This document shows, piece after piece, positions 17,706 through 27,638 of a stretch of DNA of 64,000 bases (position 1 is its first letter; the number at the start of each line of letters is the position of its first letter). Source of the DNA: Candidatus Latescibacterota bacterium (GTDB taxonomy: Bacteria; Latescibacterota; UBA2968; UBA8231); NCBI GenBank assembly GCA_965208105.1, contig OZ242318.1:352001-416000 (forward strand), in the 5' to 3' direction. Position numbers and translations under genes: made by a program. The notes under the pieces were generated by a model. The model was not told where the DNA came from. It did no database searches and saw only the letters and a list, made by a program, of their open reading frames with translations.

Positions 17706-19106
17706 TTAAATGAGACCGACCAAGTGCCAGTAGAGGATATTGAGGGGGGTGAGCAGGAGGAGGGAGAGAATGGAGATCCAGAACATGGTGAGAATCATTT
17801 TGGCCATGGGAACGAGGCGATAGGAATTGGCAAGCATGAAAGGGGCGGCTTGATAGGGGAAGAAGACCAAGGTAGTGGCGGTGGCTACACTCATGGCGGT
17901 CGGCAGGTTTTCCATCTCGTAGGTCTGCCCTAATTCGAGCATGGTTGGCGTGATCATTCCTGCGATGGCCGCCGTATCCATGAGGAAGTCGAGAGGCAGG
18001 ACCATCCAGGTGACCGAAAGGTACTTGCCCATCCAGCCCAATTGGCCCAAGTCGGCAAGGGAAGTAGCAAAGCCAATGAAGTGCTCTTTGAAACCTGATC
18101 CCTCCAGAGCAGAACCGAGGGACAGCAGCGCGGCTACATAGAAAAAGAATGGGAAGTTGACCTTGCGAATGTGGGAAAAGTCCAGTGGGCCCCATCCCGG
18201 CAAGGTGATGAGCAGGGCCAACCCCAGAGCAACGTAGGTCGGTGCGACCCGATGCACCGCATCCGTAGACCAGAGCAGGATTCCAAGGAGGAGAATCCCG
18301 AGGATCCGTCGTTGCCGCCGATTCATGGGCTCTTCGCCCTCGGCAACTTCCGGGAGGGAATGGAGGTCGATCCGGAGCTTTCGCCCGAATAGGACCCAGA
18401 TTACCGCCAGGGAAAGGAGGGTACGTCCCAGGCCGATGCAGGGAAACATCCACCTCAACCATTCGGTCCAATATACCGCTTGCCCGCTTGCTTGCTCCAG
18501 TTGGCCGGCGACTACAAGATTGGGCACCGACCCGGTAAGGATGCCGGAGCCTCCGTAGTAGGTGCTGCACAGCAGGGAGAGAAGAACCGCAGCATTGAAG
18601 TTGGGATCGTGGCGGCCACCCAGGCGGTCCACCAAGGCTACCCCGAGGGGCAGCAGGATCAGGACTCGCACCATTCCCGAGGGAATCAGCAGGGCGGTGA
18701 GAAGGCCGATCAGGTGGAGGTTGAGGAGCAGGTACAGCGGCCGGCGGCAGAGGTGGGTCTGACAGAAGGCGGCCAGGCGTTTGTCAGCACCCGTCTCGCT
18801 AGCGCCCAGGCTGAGGACCATGCCGGCGAAGAGCAACCAGATTGTCGTGGCGGCAAAAGGGGAAAAGCTTTCTTGAAATGAAAGAAGGCCAAGGGCTGGC
18901 AAGAGCAGAAGGACTACCAGGGAGCTGTACTCCAGAGGCAGCGGCTCGGCCGTCCACAGGAAGATGGCCAGGAGGACGAGGCCAAGTGCGCGCTGGGCCT
19001 GAGGTGGCAGGATGTCGAGTGGGGCGGTCAGGCCCAGCGCGAAGCAGGAAAGGGCTAGGAGAGTACCAATGACCTTTTTTCGCGACAAACCAAGAGGGAC
19101 CCTCAT
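17706..19106 (-). CDS. SLC13/DASS family anion transporter
   Basis: W..EPLP, LIPSGMVR, LTGSVPNLV, FPYQAAP; highly hydrophobic. Confidence 0.85.
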   Translation of the reverse strand: MRVPLGLSRKKVIGTLLALSCFALGLTAPLDILPPQAQRALGLVLLAIFLWTAEPLPLEYSSLVVLLLLPALGLLSFQESFSPFAATTIWLLFAGMVLSLGASETGADKRLAAFCQTHLCRRPLYLLLNLHLIGLLTALLIPSGMVRVLILLPLGVALVDRLGGRHDPNFNAAVLLSLLCSTYYGGSGILTGSVPNLVVAGQLEQASGQAVYWTEWLRWMFPCIGLGRTLLSLAVIWVLFGRKLRIDLHSLPEVAEGEEPMNRRQRRILGILLLGILLWSTDAVHRVAPTYVALGLALLITLPGWGPLDFSHIRKVNFPFFFYVAALLSLGSALEGSGFKEHFIGFATSLADLGQLGWMGKYLSVTWMVLPLDFLMDTAAIAGMITPTMLELGQTYEMENLPTAMSVATATTLVFFPYQAAPFMLANSYRLVPMAKMILTMFWISILSLLLLTPLNILYWHLVGLI

Positions 19107-20356
19107 GAATCGACCATGAACAGGCTCAGAGCAGGCACGTAGGTGATAACCAGGAGGGCCAGGAGGAGGATGAAAAGGAAGGGAAGGGAAGCCGTGTACA
19201 ATCTCAATATAGGCTTTTCAAAGCGAATGCTGGCAATGAACAGGTTCAACCCAACTGGTGGGGTGGAGTAACCGATCTCCAGATTGGTCAGGAAGATCAT
19301 TCCCAGGTGAATGGGGTGGACGTCGTAGGACTTGGCAATGGGCAGGATAAGTGGAACCACCACGATGAGTGCCGAGAACATGTCTACCATGCAGCCCACC
19401 GCCAGCAGAAAGACATTGAGCAGTATCAGGAATACAATTCGGCTGCTGATATATTGCTCGATCAGACCAAGAAGGCGGTTGGGGATTTCCGCGTCGATCA
19501 GGTAGCTGGTATATCCCATGGCCGCGGCGAGAATGATCAGAATGCTGCCCACGAGGACCATGCAGTCGCGGATGATGCGCGGAAGCTGCTTCAGGCTGAT
19601 CTCGCGGTGCACGACCATCTCCACCACCAGGACGTAGAGGGCGCTCAGGGCTGCGGCTTCGCTGACTGCAATGATACCGCTGTAGATTCCGCTGATGACG
19701 ACTACCGGGAGAAGGAGCTCCCATATACTCTCGCGCAGCACGCTTACCACTTCCGTGGATGTCGTGCGCACGGGAATGAGTTTGCGCTTGCGGCCAATGA
19801 AATAGCTGTAGATGGAAAGGGCGGCGACCAGGACCAGTCCCGGAACGATGCCGGCGACGAAAAGCTGATCCACCGCAGTTTCGGAGACGATCCCGTACAT
19901 GATGAGAGGCAGACTGGGCGGAAAAAGCAGGCCCAAACTGCCCGAGGTGGTGAGCAGGCCCAGGGAGAAGTTCCCGGGATATCGGTTTTTCAAGAGCGCC
20001 GGGTAGAAGAGGGCCCCCAGGGTGATAATTGTCATACCCGATGCGCCTGTAAACGCGGTAAAGAGTGCACAGATCAGGATGGCCATGATGGCCAGACCGC
20101 CGGGCAGCCATCCCAGGAGCACCTGGGCAAACCGAACCAGCCTTGTTGCCGCCTTGCTCTCGGCGAGGATGAATCCCGTAAATGCGAAAAGTGGAATGGC
20201 CGACAATGTGGGCGTCTCGGCGATCCGGTACATTTCGATGAAGACGACGGTCAGGTCTACTTCGACCAGGTAGTAGTTCAACAGGGCGAGGGCCGAGATG
20301 ATTATGAATAGCGGCGTTCCTGCGAGGGCGAGAAATCCGGTCAGCACGCTGCTCAT
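19103..20356 (-). CDS. dctM: TRAP transporter large permease
   Basis: AIPLF, FTGASG, GSLGLLFPPS, TPPVGLNLF. Confidence 0.95.
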   Translation of the reverse strand: MSSVLTGFLALAGTPLFIIISALALLNYYLVEVDLTVVFIEMYRIAETPTLSAIPLFAFTGFILAESKAATRLVRFAQVLLGWLPGGLAIMAILICALFTAFTGASGMTIITLGALFYPALLKNRYPGNFSLGLLTTSGSLGLLFPPSLPLIMYGIVSETAVDQLFVAGIVPGLVLVAALSIYSYFIGRKRKLIPVRTTSTEVVSVLRESIWELLLPVVVISGIYSGIIAVSEAAALSALYVLVVEMVVHREISLKQLPRIIRDCMVLVGSILIILAAAMGYTSYLIDAEIPNRLLGLIEQYISSRIVFLILLNVFLLAVGCMVDMFSALIVVVPLILPIAKSYDVHPIHLGMIFLTNLEIGYSTPPVGLNLFIASIRFEKPILRLYTASLPFLFILLLALLVITYVPALSLFMVDS

Positions 20357-20853
20357 GAGGACCCTCTATTCAGGACTGACTGGAGCCTGAGACCACACTG
20401 AAACAGGAAACGCAGCGCCATGATCCCGAAGCTCAGGGGGAAGATCAGCTGTAGTTGCCAGGTTTGAAGGTTGAGAAAGGCCGTGGTTCCCCCTGCCATT
20501 TCATCGCCTATGAAGCGCACTGAAATCCAGGTCAGAAGCAGGCATACCAGGGCCGATAAGAAGGACGTCGAGGCGTGGACCCAGTCCCGCCAGGGAGGGG
20601 ACAGGAGCCGGAAAAGGGCATCGATTCTTATATGCTTGTCCTGGCGCGTGGCAATCATCGCGCCGAACAGGCCGCACCACAGGACAAGGTGGCGGACCAG
20701 GGGATCTGACCACACAAAGGTGATGGAAAAAAGGTTGCGAAGAATGATCTGGGCGAAGGCGGTTCCTATGAGCGTGCCCATGAGAAGGACCAATGCGGCT
20801 TCCTCGAGGCACTGGATCAAGCGAAGGATGGTTGAGGGCCGTCCGATACTCAT
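20353..20853 (-). CDS. dctQ: TRAP transporter small permease
   Basis: 4 TM; QIILRN, W.D.LVRHLVLW, HIRID. Confidence 0.92.
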   Translation of the reverse strand: MSIGRPSTILRLIQCLEEAALVLLMGTLIGTAFAQIILRNLFSITFVWSDPLVRHLVLWCGLFGAMIATRQDKHIRIDALFRLLSPPWRDWVHASTSFLSALVCLLLTWISVRFIGDEMAGGTTAFLNLQTWQLQLIFPLSFGIMALRFLFQCGLRLQSVLNRGSS

Positions 20854-21974
20854 TCTCTTGCCGCCCTTTGGCGGCGAAAGTCTCTCAGGTGGGTATTGAC
20901 CATTTCAAATGATTGCTTTGAGAAGGCTTTTCCCACCAACTCGGGTATGGAGTCGCGGACCAGCTGTTCGAAGGATTCGATTTCTTCTTGCATGGGGACC
21001 ACGAGCTTCAGCCCATGGGCTTCCATAACCTTGACGGCGTCTTCATTTTCCTCGCGGTTTCGCAGACTCTGCGCGCGGGTGTGGTCGGCGGCCACGCTGC
21101 GCAGAATGGCCTGGTGCTGCGGAGATAGTTTTTCAAATGCTCTTTTGCTGACCAGTAGAGTGCCAAGGGTATAGTTTATGGGCAACTCGGTCAGGTACCT
21201 TACCCGGGTAAACCACTGCAGGACAATGGCTGCTACCGGGGGAGCATAGACGACCTCAACCAGGTTGGTCTGCAGACCCAGAAGCACGTCTGGAATAGAG
21301 AGGGGAACCGAGGTGACTCCGGCCTTGGCAAAAATCACCGCGGTAATGGGCTCCTTCTCGAGGCGCCAGACCTTCAGGCCCCTGATGTCCGCGGAAGCGC
21401 GGATAGGTTCCTGGGAGAGAATGTGGACGAAGCCGATATCTGACCAACCCAGAAGGATGAAACCTCGTTCTTCGAACCCCTCCTGGTAGAAAGTGTCCAT
21501 GCGCTCGAGAACGTAGTCGATTTCCTCGTAGTCATCGAAGAGGAACGGGATTTCCATTGCCAGAATATCGGGAAACACCATACTTGCGCCCTGGCCTGCA
21601 AAACTACCGGCGTGAAGTTGGCCTATGCGCATTTTGCGCAGGATTACATGTTCGTCTCCCTGCACTCCTCCGGGGTAGATCTTGAAACCGACGGCGCCGT
21701 CTGTCTTTCGCCGCACTTCCGCATCGATGTCGCGCATTGCCTGGACCCAGCTGCTGCCTTCGGGAGCCAGGGTGGCGAGCTTGAGGAGGTGCTCGGGAAG
21801 CTTCTCCTCTGCTGCAGAGGGGGCGGCGGTTGCAAGGGCGAAGCAAACGAGAATCAGGAGCCGGCTTACAACCCGGTGAATCCAACTTTTCCTTTTCGGT
21901 GAAATGATTTCCGATGAGGACGAGCCCAATAAGGCAGCAAGGCCATTGGCCCCGAGACACTCAGAAGAAGGCAT
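20850..21974 (-). CDS. dctP: TRAP substrate-binding protein DctP (TatP type); start uncertain
   Basis: LATLAPEGSSW, YPGGVQGDE..LRKMRIGQLH, LQTNLVE. Confidence 0.9.
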   Translation of the reverse strand: MPSSECLGANGLAALLGSSSSEIISPKRKSWIHRVVSRLLILVCFALATAAPSAAEEKLPEHLLKLATLAPEGSSWVQAMRDIDAEVRRKTDGAVGFKIYPGGVQGDEHVILRKMRIGQLHAGSFAGQGASMVFPDILAMEIPFLFDDYEEIDYVLERMDTFYQEGFEERGFILLGWSDIGFVHILSQEPIRASADIRGLKVWRLEKEPITAVIFAKAGVTSVPLSIPDVLLGLQTNLVEVVYAPPVAAIVLQWFTRVRYLTELPINYTLGTLLVSKRAFEKLSPQHQAILRSVAADHTRAQSLRNREENEDAVKVMEAHGLKLVVPMQEEIESFEQLVRDSIPELVGKAFSKQSFEMVNTHLRDFRRQRAARE

Positions 21975-22893
21975 CCACTTCCTCCAGTAGTTTGCCGGCT
22001 TCTTTCTTCGCGGCAATGTTTTGCAGGGTGAGTTCGGGGACCTGGTCGGCGGGTAGTTCCAGGACCTTGGAAAGGAGAGAGATATAGAGCCCCCGGTCGA
22101 AAATTTGCCGGGCATAGTACTTGGCCATGAGCACATATGCCATCAAAGACTGCCTTTGCCCGATTTCGATCGCTCTTTCAAAATGATGCAGCGCCTTGTC
22201 CGGCCGGCCGCCGAGGGACGGCGGAAGGGCGGAGTAATACATGCCTAGGAAGAGATGTGGACTGCCGTAGTAGAACGACTCATCCGTGCTCAAGATCCAT
22301 TCCATCAGCGCGATTACTTTGGGGAGATCGGCCAGTGCCTCCAGAGAAGATGTGTTTGTGCTCACCCAGGCTCCCCAACTGCTCGCCGCCCAGAAGACAA
22401 TGGGAAGGTCCTCCGGTTTGAGGTGTGAGCGAATCTGGATGAACTCCCCGTATGGCGCCCTGAGAAATCCCGCGATTTCTTTATCGGCGGCGAGCGCTCG
22501 CAACCCGTAATCCTTTGCCCTGCGGTAGAGCTTGCGGGCGCGCTCTGGATCGTCAGGCTCGACCAGGGCGCCGTAGGAAACATAGGCCTCCGCCGCCGAG
22601 CCGAGCAGGCGTTGATTGCCGGGGTCGCTTTGCAGCAGGCCTTCGAGGAGCAAAAGGTAGGTGGGGGCTGCCTGTGCCACGAGGTCGACGTCATCGTGCC
22701 GGGCAGTGACCGCCGCTATATCCTCAACGAGAGATCCTGCAGCAGCCGACCTGATTTTAGCTGCGCAACCCGCGCATCCGGCAAGGGTGCTCCAGAGAAG
22801 GAGACAGGCGAGGAAAAACCACTTCCAGTGATGCCTGGCGTGAAGATTATAATCCTGGGATGAACGGAAAGATGAGTGAAGATGCAACGGCAT
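21961..22893 (-). CDS. tatT: TRAP transporter TatT component (lipoprotein); start uncertain
   Basis: lipobox LAGC; D..LV..A.P..L.LLEGLL, FYYG.PHL.LG.YY..LPP.LGG, YARQ.FDR, L.N..AK. Confidence 0.88.
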   Translation of the reverse strand: MPLHLHSSFRSSQDYNLHARHHWKWFFLACLLLWSTLAGCAGCAAKIRSAAAGSLVEDIAAVTARHDDVDLVAQAAPTYLLLLEGLLQSDPGNQRLLGSAAEAYVSYGALVEPDDPERARKLYRRAKDYGLRALAADKEIAGFLRAPYGEFIQIRSHLKPEDLPIVFWAASSWGAWVSTNTSSLEALADLPKVIALMEWILSTDESFYYGSPHLFLGMYYSALPPSLGGRPDKALHHFERAIEIGQRQSLMAYVLMAKYYARQIFDRGLYISLLSKVLELPADQVPELTLQNIAAKKEAGKLLEEVDAFF

Positions 22894-22904
22894 ATTGCAA
22901 TAAA

Positions 22905-24074
22905 TTACTGAATATGGATTGTGGAGGTCAAGCTTGCGCCGCTTCCAACTTTGCTGGAGTCCTCGATGGTGAAATCCCCGATGCATTCCCATGGGTCCAG
23001 TTCCTTCGCGCAGGCTTTGTATACCTTCATGGCATCACCTAGATCCCCGCTTTTGAGCACGAGGATCCTTTTGAATTCATCCATATTCCGGTGGTAACGG
23101 CGGTAGGAAAGCAGTCGCGCGTTGTTCAGCTTCCATTGGAGAAATCCATCAAAATTGCCAGAGTGAAACTCACCGCGCATGGCGAGGTAGCTCTCTTTCG
23201 CCTGTTCGAAGACCAATTCCCTTTTTGTCAGGATTGAATCCCTTGGCAGCCCCGAATTATACAGGCTGTCCAGGGAAGTGATCACGCGGCCAATAAAACG
23301 GTTGAAACGCGCCTCGTCATCGCGGCGCCTGCGCACCTGCTCAACAGGCCTGGTACCGGGTCCGTAGTACTTGGCCAGGATTTCCAAGGATCCGCTTCTG
23401 CCCACAAAAGTGGCCAGGCTCTCATTGAAGTCAATGTGGTTCTCGACGTAGACGGTGGAATGGGTGAGCTCGTGCAAGATCAGATCCGCCAGCCGGTCTT
23501 GCGAATATGTAAGCATTGGGCTGAACACGGGGTCGGAGAAAAATCCCAAGGTGCTGTAGGCGGAGATGGGACTCAGGATTGCATCTAGGCCCAGCCCTTG
23601 AAGGCGGTCCCGTTCACGTTCACCATATTCCCTGGCGAAAAAGCCTTTGTAAGGGAGTTTCCCCACGAAGGGAAAGTCCCACAGGTAGGGTTCGAATCGG
23701 TCTGGAGGAGAGGCGCTCGTGTTCCAACCGACAGGTTCGCCTTCTGTGTCGTAGAAGTAGGTGTAGTTCGAAGAGGCGGCCAGGCCTACGTCGTCGCGGG
23801 CGAAGGCAAGCACCGATTTGACGAATTTGAACCTTCTGCGGAGATCAGGTTCCAGATCAGGATCTTCCAGCAATCGGTCAATGGATTGGCGGCCCAAGAG
23901 GATGCGAGTCTGGCCGTTGACCAGGTGCCAGTAATAAGGGGTTTCGCATCCGGCAAGGAGGAAAAGAAGGCCGAACCACAGCAAACGCCATCCCGGGATC
24001 CTTTCCTGCCATTGACAGGCAGCCTTTGGGATTTCCCCCGGGTAGAAACCAGTATTCCTCAGCTGGTTTCTCAC
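22905..24074 (-). CDS. putative zinc aminopeptidase lipoprotein
   Basis: LAGC lipobox, W.FPFVG..PYKGFF, AYSTLGFFSDP, HELTH...FNESLA, LNNA. Confidence 0.85.
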   Translation of the reverse strand: MRNQLRNTGFYPGEIPKAACQWQERIPGWRLLWFGLLFLLAGCETPYYWHLVNGQTRILLGRQSIDRLLEDPDLEPDLRRRFKFVKSVLAFARDDVGLAASSNYTYFYDTEGEPVGWNTSASPPDRFEPYLWDFPFVGKLPYKGFFAREYGERERDRLQGLGLDAILSPISAYSTLGFFSDPVFSPMLTYSQDRLADLILHELTHSTVYVENHIDFNESLATFVGRSGSLEILAKYYGPGTRPVEQVRRRRDDEARFNRFIGRVITSLDSLYNSGLPRDSILTKRELVFEQAKESYLAMRGEFHSGNFDGFLQWKLNNARLLSYRRYHRNMDEFKRILVLKSGDLGDAMKVYKACAKELDPWECIGDFTIEDSSKVGSGASLTSTIHIQ

Positions 24075-24781
24075 ATGTTACCCGAGGCTTGAGCCAGACC
24101 TGTGCGAGCTTCAAAGGAGGCGGGCTGGATGAGCAGGGCTGTTCTGAACCGCTCGGCGGCTGCGGCCCAATCTTTCTCTTCCATGTACAATTTCCCCAGA
24201 CTCAAATAGGCTTCAACCGCGTTGATGTCCAACTCAACTACGCGCTCAAAGGCCTGAATGGCCTTCTCCGTGGAGTCCTGGAATGCGTAGAGTTCCCCCA
24301 ATTTGGAGAAGGTGACCGGGAAGTTCGGATTGGCGAGGGCGGACCGCTCGTAGTAGTGAATGGCTTTGTCCCATTGCTCCCTGCCAAGGTAGACATCCCC
24401 GAGTTGGTTGAGAGCAAGGGGATGGGAGGGAGATATTTTCAGCGTGTGTCCGAAGGAATTTATGGCCGCTTCCTCGTCGCCGCTTTCAAGAGCTTTGAGG
24501 CCTCTCTCATAAGTTATGTTCATGGCTCTGCGCAGGTACTTGTCGCGAGCGGCCAGGTTTCCATTTAGAGCTTGGGCGCGCGCGAGCAGGGCCCAGGCGT
24601 CGGCGTTGAGGCTGTCCTGGTGGAGTGCGAGCCGGATGGAGGCGATAGCCTGGTCCAAGTCGCCGTCCTTCAGTTGTTTCTGGCCCAGCTTTAAATGGGC
24701 ATTGTGGCTGGAGGTTTCCTCAGTACAAGCAAGGAAGAACAAGGCGGTCACCAAAGGCCCTGCCCATCTCATATTTTTCAT
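24071..24781 (-). CDS. tetratricopeptide repeat lipoprotein
   Basis: FLAC lipobox; about 5 TPR-like repeats. Confidence 0.85.
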   Translation of the reverse strand: MKNMRWAGPLVTALFFLACTEETSSHNAHLKLGQKQLKDGDLDQAIASIRLALHQDSLNADAWALLARAQALNGNLAARDKYLRRAMNITYERGLKALESGDEEAAINSFGHTLKISPSHPLALNQLGDVYLGREQWDKAIHYYERSALANPNFPVTFSKLGELYAFQDSTEKAIQAFERVVELDINAVEAYLSLGKLYMEEKDWAAAAERFRTALLIQPASFEARTGLAQASGNM

Positions 24782-24856
24782 GGGAAAATGAAGTTTGGTA
24801 AAGAATTGAGGGGAGCAGGTAGGAAAGAACCGGAAGGGTGGAAAGGTGCGATTGGA

Positions 24857-25345
24857 TCAGGAGGATTTGCCGACGATTTTCTCACCGTCATAGATGACGT
24901 TGCCTTCTTTGTCGAGCACCCTGCCGTCCCCGGTGAATTCGTATTTCATCGCCTGACCCAGGGTTAGATGCTTTTGAACCTCTCCCAGGTCCCCGTACTT
25001 CTCGATCAACTTTTCAATGGGACCTTCGAAGCGGGTGGGATTCCAGTTCGGGCGGTCTTTGTCTCGCTCCTGCCGCTCTTTAGCCGTCATTATCGGCAGT
25101 CGTTCAGCTGCCGGAGTAAATCGGCCGGCCATGGCCTGCTGGCGCCGGTACTTCTCATGCCGTTTTTCCGATTCGGTCAGCAATTCCTCCGGTACTGCAT
25201 CGAGAATTCCGGGATCTTTCTTTTTGTCCGCTTCCTTTTGGTCACTTCTGATCTCTACCTCTCGTTCTATGCGCTGCTGGCGTTCCGTTTCCAGGCTGTG
25301 GTCCGTACCCAGTTTTCGCAAAACCGATCGGGCCGCTCTTTTCAC
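24857..25345 (-). CDS. hypothetical charged protein
   Basis: 162-aa ORF with GTG start and GGAG upstream; no recognisable motif. Confidence 0.55.
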   Translation of the reverse strand: MKRAARSVLRKLGTDHSLETERQQRIEREVEIRSDQKEADKKKDPGILDAVPEELLTESEKRHEKYRRQQAMAGRFTPAAERLPIMTAKERQERDKDRPNWNPTRFEGPIEKLIEKYGDLGEVQKHLTLGQAMKYEFTGDGRVLDKEGNVIYDGEKIVGKSS

Positions 25346-25561
25346 TTTAATTCGTCTCCGCTTTGGAAGTTCGCCGAAAAAGGTAGAATAAATATACGCC
25401 TGGCATTGGATTTGGCAAATTGAAATTCAGGTGATATCTTAAGGAGAATCGGCCAAATCGGCCTTCTGCTGGCCCTTGCACATGATCGGGATGGGTCCAT
25501 CCGATCGAAGTTGCCAATCCGGCCAAATGTTGGTAAAAAATAATCATGGATGGAGGTGGCC

Positions 25562-26581
25562 ATGGGGGTTTTTTCGTGGTTTTTCTCTAACGATATAGGA
25601 ATTGATCTGGGGACCGCCAATACCTTGATCTACGTCAAGGGCGAAGGAATCGTCTTGAACGAACCTTCGATTGTTGCCCGTCACATAATGACCAAGAAGC
25701 TCATAGCCGTGGGCTCCGAGGCCAAGGAAATGCTGGGACGGACAAACTCGGAAATGGAGACCATCCGTCCCCTCAAGGACGGTGTGATTGCCGATTTCGA
25801 GGTGACCGAGAACATGATCCGTCACTTCATTCGCAAAGTTCAAAAGAATAAATTCTTTGTCCGGCCCCGCATTGTCGTTTCTGTGCCCTCGGGAAGCACT
25901 GAAGTGGAAAAACGAGCCGTTCGAAATTCCTGCGAGCGCGTTGGTGCCCGCGAAGTTCACCTGATCAGCGAACCGATGGCGGCGGCAATAGGTATTGGCT
26001 TGCCGGTTGAGCAGCCGGTTGGGTCCATGGTCATCGATATCGGTGGTGGGACAACGGAGATTGCGGTCATTGCTCTGTCCGGCATCGTGACCCACGAGTC
26101 CTTGCGAGTGGCGGGAAATGCCATGGACCAGGCCCTCGTCGATTGGCTGCGAAGAAAATACAACTTTGCCATCGGGCCCCGGAATGCGGAGCAGATTAAA
26201 TTTCTGATTGGCTCCGCCATGCCAATCGATCCTGAAAAAGAGGCCCCGGTGCGGGGCCTGGACCTTGTCGCTGCCATCCCCAGGACTCTCATGCTCGATT
26301 CCCGTGAAGTACGGGAGGTCCTCTGCGAGCCTGTGGACCAGATCATTGCAGGGGTTCGGCGTGCCTTGGAACGAACGCCACCCGAGTTGGCTGCCGACAT
26401 CCTGGACCGTGGGATGGTGCTCAGCGGTGGAGGAAGTAAACTCCGGGGACTCAAGGAGCGCCTGGTCGAAGGAACCAGTCTTCCCACCTATGTCGATAAC
26501 AATGACCCCTTTACCTCGGTTGTACGCGGAAGCGCCAAGGTTTTGGAGAAGTTCGAAAATTTGCGCAAGGTCCTCTACTAG
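25562..26581 (+). CDS. mreB: rod shape-determining protein MreB
   Basis: IGIDLGTANT, RPLKDGVIADF, DIGGGTTE, TPPELAADI. Confidence 0.97.
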   Translation: MGVFSWFFSNDIGIDLGTANTLIYVKGEGIVLNEPSIVARHIMTKKLIAVGSEAKEMLGRTNSEMETIRPLKDGVIADFEVTENMIRHFIRKVQKNKFFVRPRIVVSVPSGSTEVEKRAVRNSCERVGAREVHLISEPMAAAIGIGLPVEQPVGSMVIDIGGGTTEIAVIALSGIVTHESLRVAGNAMDQALVDWLRRKYNFAIGPRNAEQIKFLIGSAMPIDPEKEAPVRGLDLVAAIPRTLMLDSREVREVLCEPVDQIIAGVRRALERTPPELAADILDRGMVLSGGGSKLRGLKERLVEGTSLPTYVDNNDPFTSVVRGSAKVLEKFENLRKVLY

Positions 26582-26722
26582 TGTGCCGTCGCAGAGATAG
26601 GTTGACGCAATTGGGCCGCCGAGGCGCCAGGCTCATAAGGCGCCTGAGCGAGTCGTACCGGTGGTGTACGGCGAGTGAAGGCAACGCCGTGAGCCCGGAT
26701 GGACTTTTCAACGGGCTGCTAG
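26578..26722 (+). mobile_element. MITE copy 1 (CTAG-bounded; right end differs from the other copies)
   Basis: first ~125 bp nearly identical to 40924-41091; begins at the mreB stop (CTAG) and ends ...TTTTCAACGGGCTGCTAG. Confidence 0.85.
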
Positions 26723-26743
26723 GTTCACAGAAGACGCAAAACC

Positions 26744-27517
26744 ATGGTGATTAACCGAAATTACCTTGTAATTGCTCCGGCGGTGGTGGTCAGCCTGGTG
26801 TTAATGGGGCTGCCCGAGGAGCAGAAGTTGAAAATTGCCGGCTACGGTCGGGTGGCGATTTGGAGTACGAGCCAGCGGATATTCTCGAAAGTCATTCGCT
26901 ATGCCGAGAACGAGCAAAAGAGCCGGTTTTTGCTTGCCCATAACGTCGGACTTGCCCTGGACAATATGCAGTCCCGCGAGGCGGTCCTGGAAAACCAGCG
27001 GCTGCGTCAGGCGCTCGAATTTAAACGTAGAGAAGTTTCCCATCCCCTTATTTTGGCAGAGGTTATCGGCCGCGATCCAGACCAGATCTACGACTCGATC
27101 ATCATCGATGTGGGAGAAGACAAAGGCATTCAGAAGGATTTGCCCGTTGTTACGGCGAAAGGGCTGGTGGGTCATGTTGCCCAAGTAGGCCAGTCCAGTT
27201 CGATAGTTCGGCTGATAATGAGGTCCCGCGTGAGCGCCGCGGTACAGAACCGGGAACGGGCTCAGGGAATCGTTTCCTGGGTTCAAGGGAAGCGGTTCAA
27301 GCTGGGAATGGTCGAAGTAAATAGCGAAATCCAATTGGGGGACCGGGTAGTTTCCTCGGGATTGGGAGGAAGATATCCCAAGGGAATTCTCATCGGCTAT
27401 GTCACCGAGGTGAGCGACAAGCCAAGCAATCCTCTTTTCATGGAGGTTCAATTGGAGTCCAGCGTGGATTTCCTCAAGCTTGAAGAGGTCTTCGTCTGGC
27501 ATTCGGAGGAAGGATGA
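26744..27517 (+). CDS. mreC: rod shape-determining protein MreC
   Basis: ENQRLRQAL, AEVIGRDP, GLVG.V, SSGLGGRYPKGI.IG, LEEVFV. Confidence 0.95.
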   Translation: MVINRNYLVIAPAVVVSLVLMGLPEEQKLKIAGYGRVAIWSTSQRIFSKVIRYAENEQKSRFLLAHNVGLALDNMQSREAVLENQRLRQALEFKRREVSHPLILAEVIGRDPDQIYDSIIIDVGEDKGIQKDLPVVTAKGLVGHVAQVGQSSSIVRLIMRSRVSAAVQNRERAQGIVSWVQGKRFKLGMVEVNSEIQLGDRVVSSGLGGRYPKGILIGYVTEVSDKPSNPLFMEVQLESSVDFLKLEEVFVWHSEEG

Positions 27518-27552
27518 AGCTCGCAACCATCCAAATTGGCCCTGTACTACTC

Positions 27553-27581
27553 TTGACAAGGCAATTTCCATCACATATCCT
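27553..27581 (+). promoter_or_regulatory. sigma70-type promoter for hup
   Basis: TTGACA-17 bp-TATCCT. Confidence 0.6.
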
Positions 27582-27638
27582 TAAGGACTGAAACTCCGAT
27601 GTCTTGCAAGCATTTACCTTATTTATGGGGAGGGCGGA

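Noticed and set aside
26511-26711. Small ORFs sharing 'APRRPNCVNLSLRR' (also 40413-40982, 40924-41106, 55480-55689)
   Set aside because: They are translations of the MITE repeat rather than genes.
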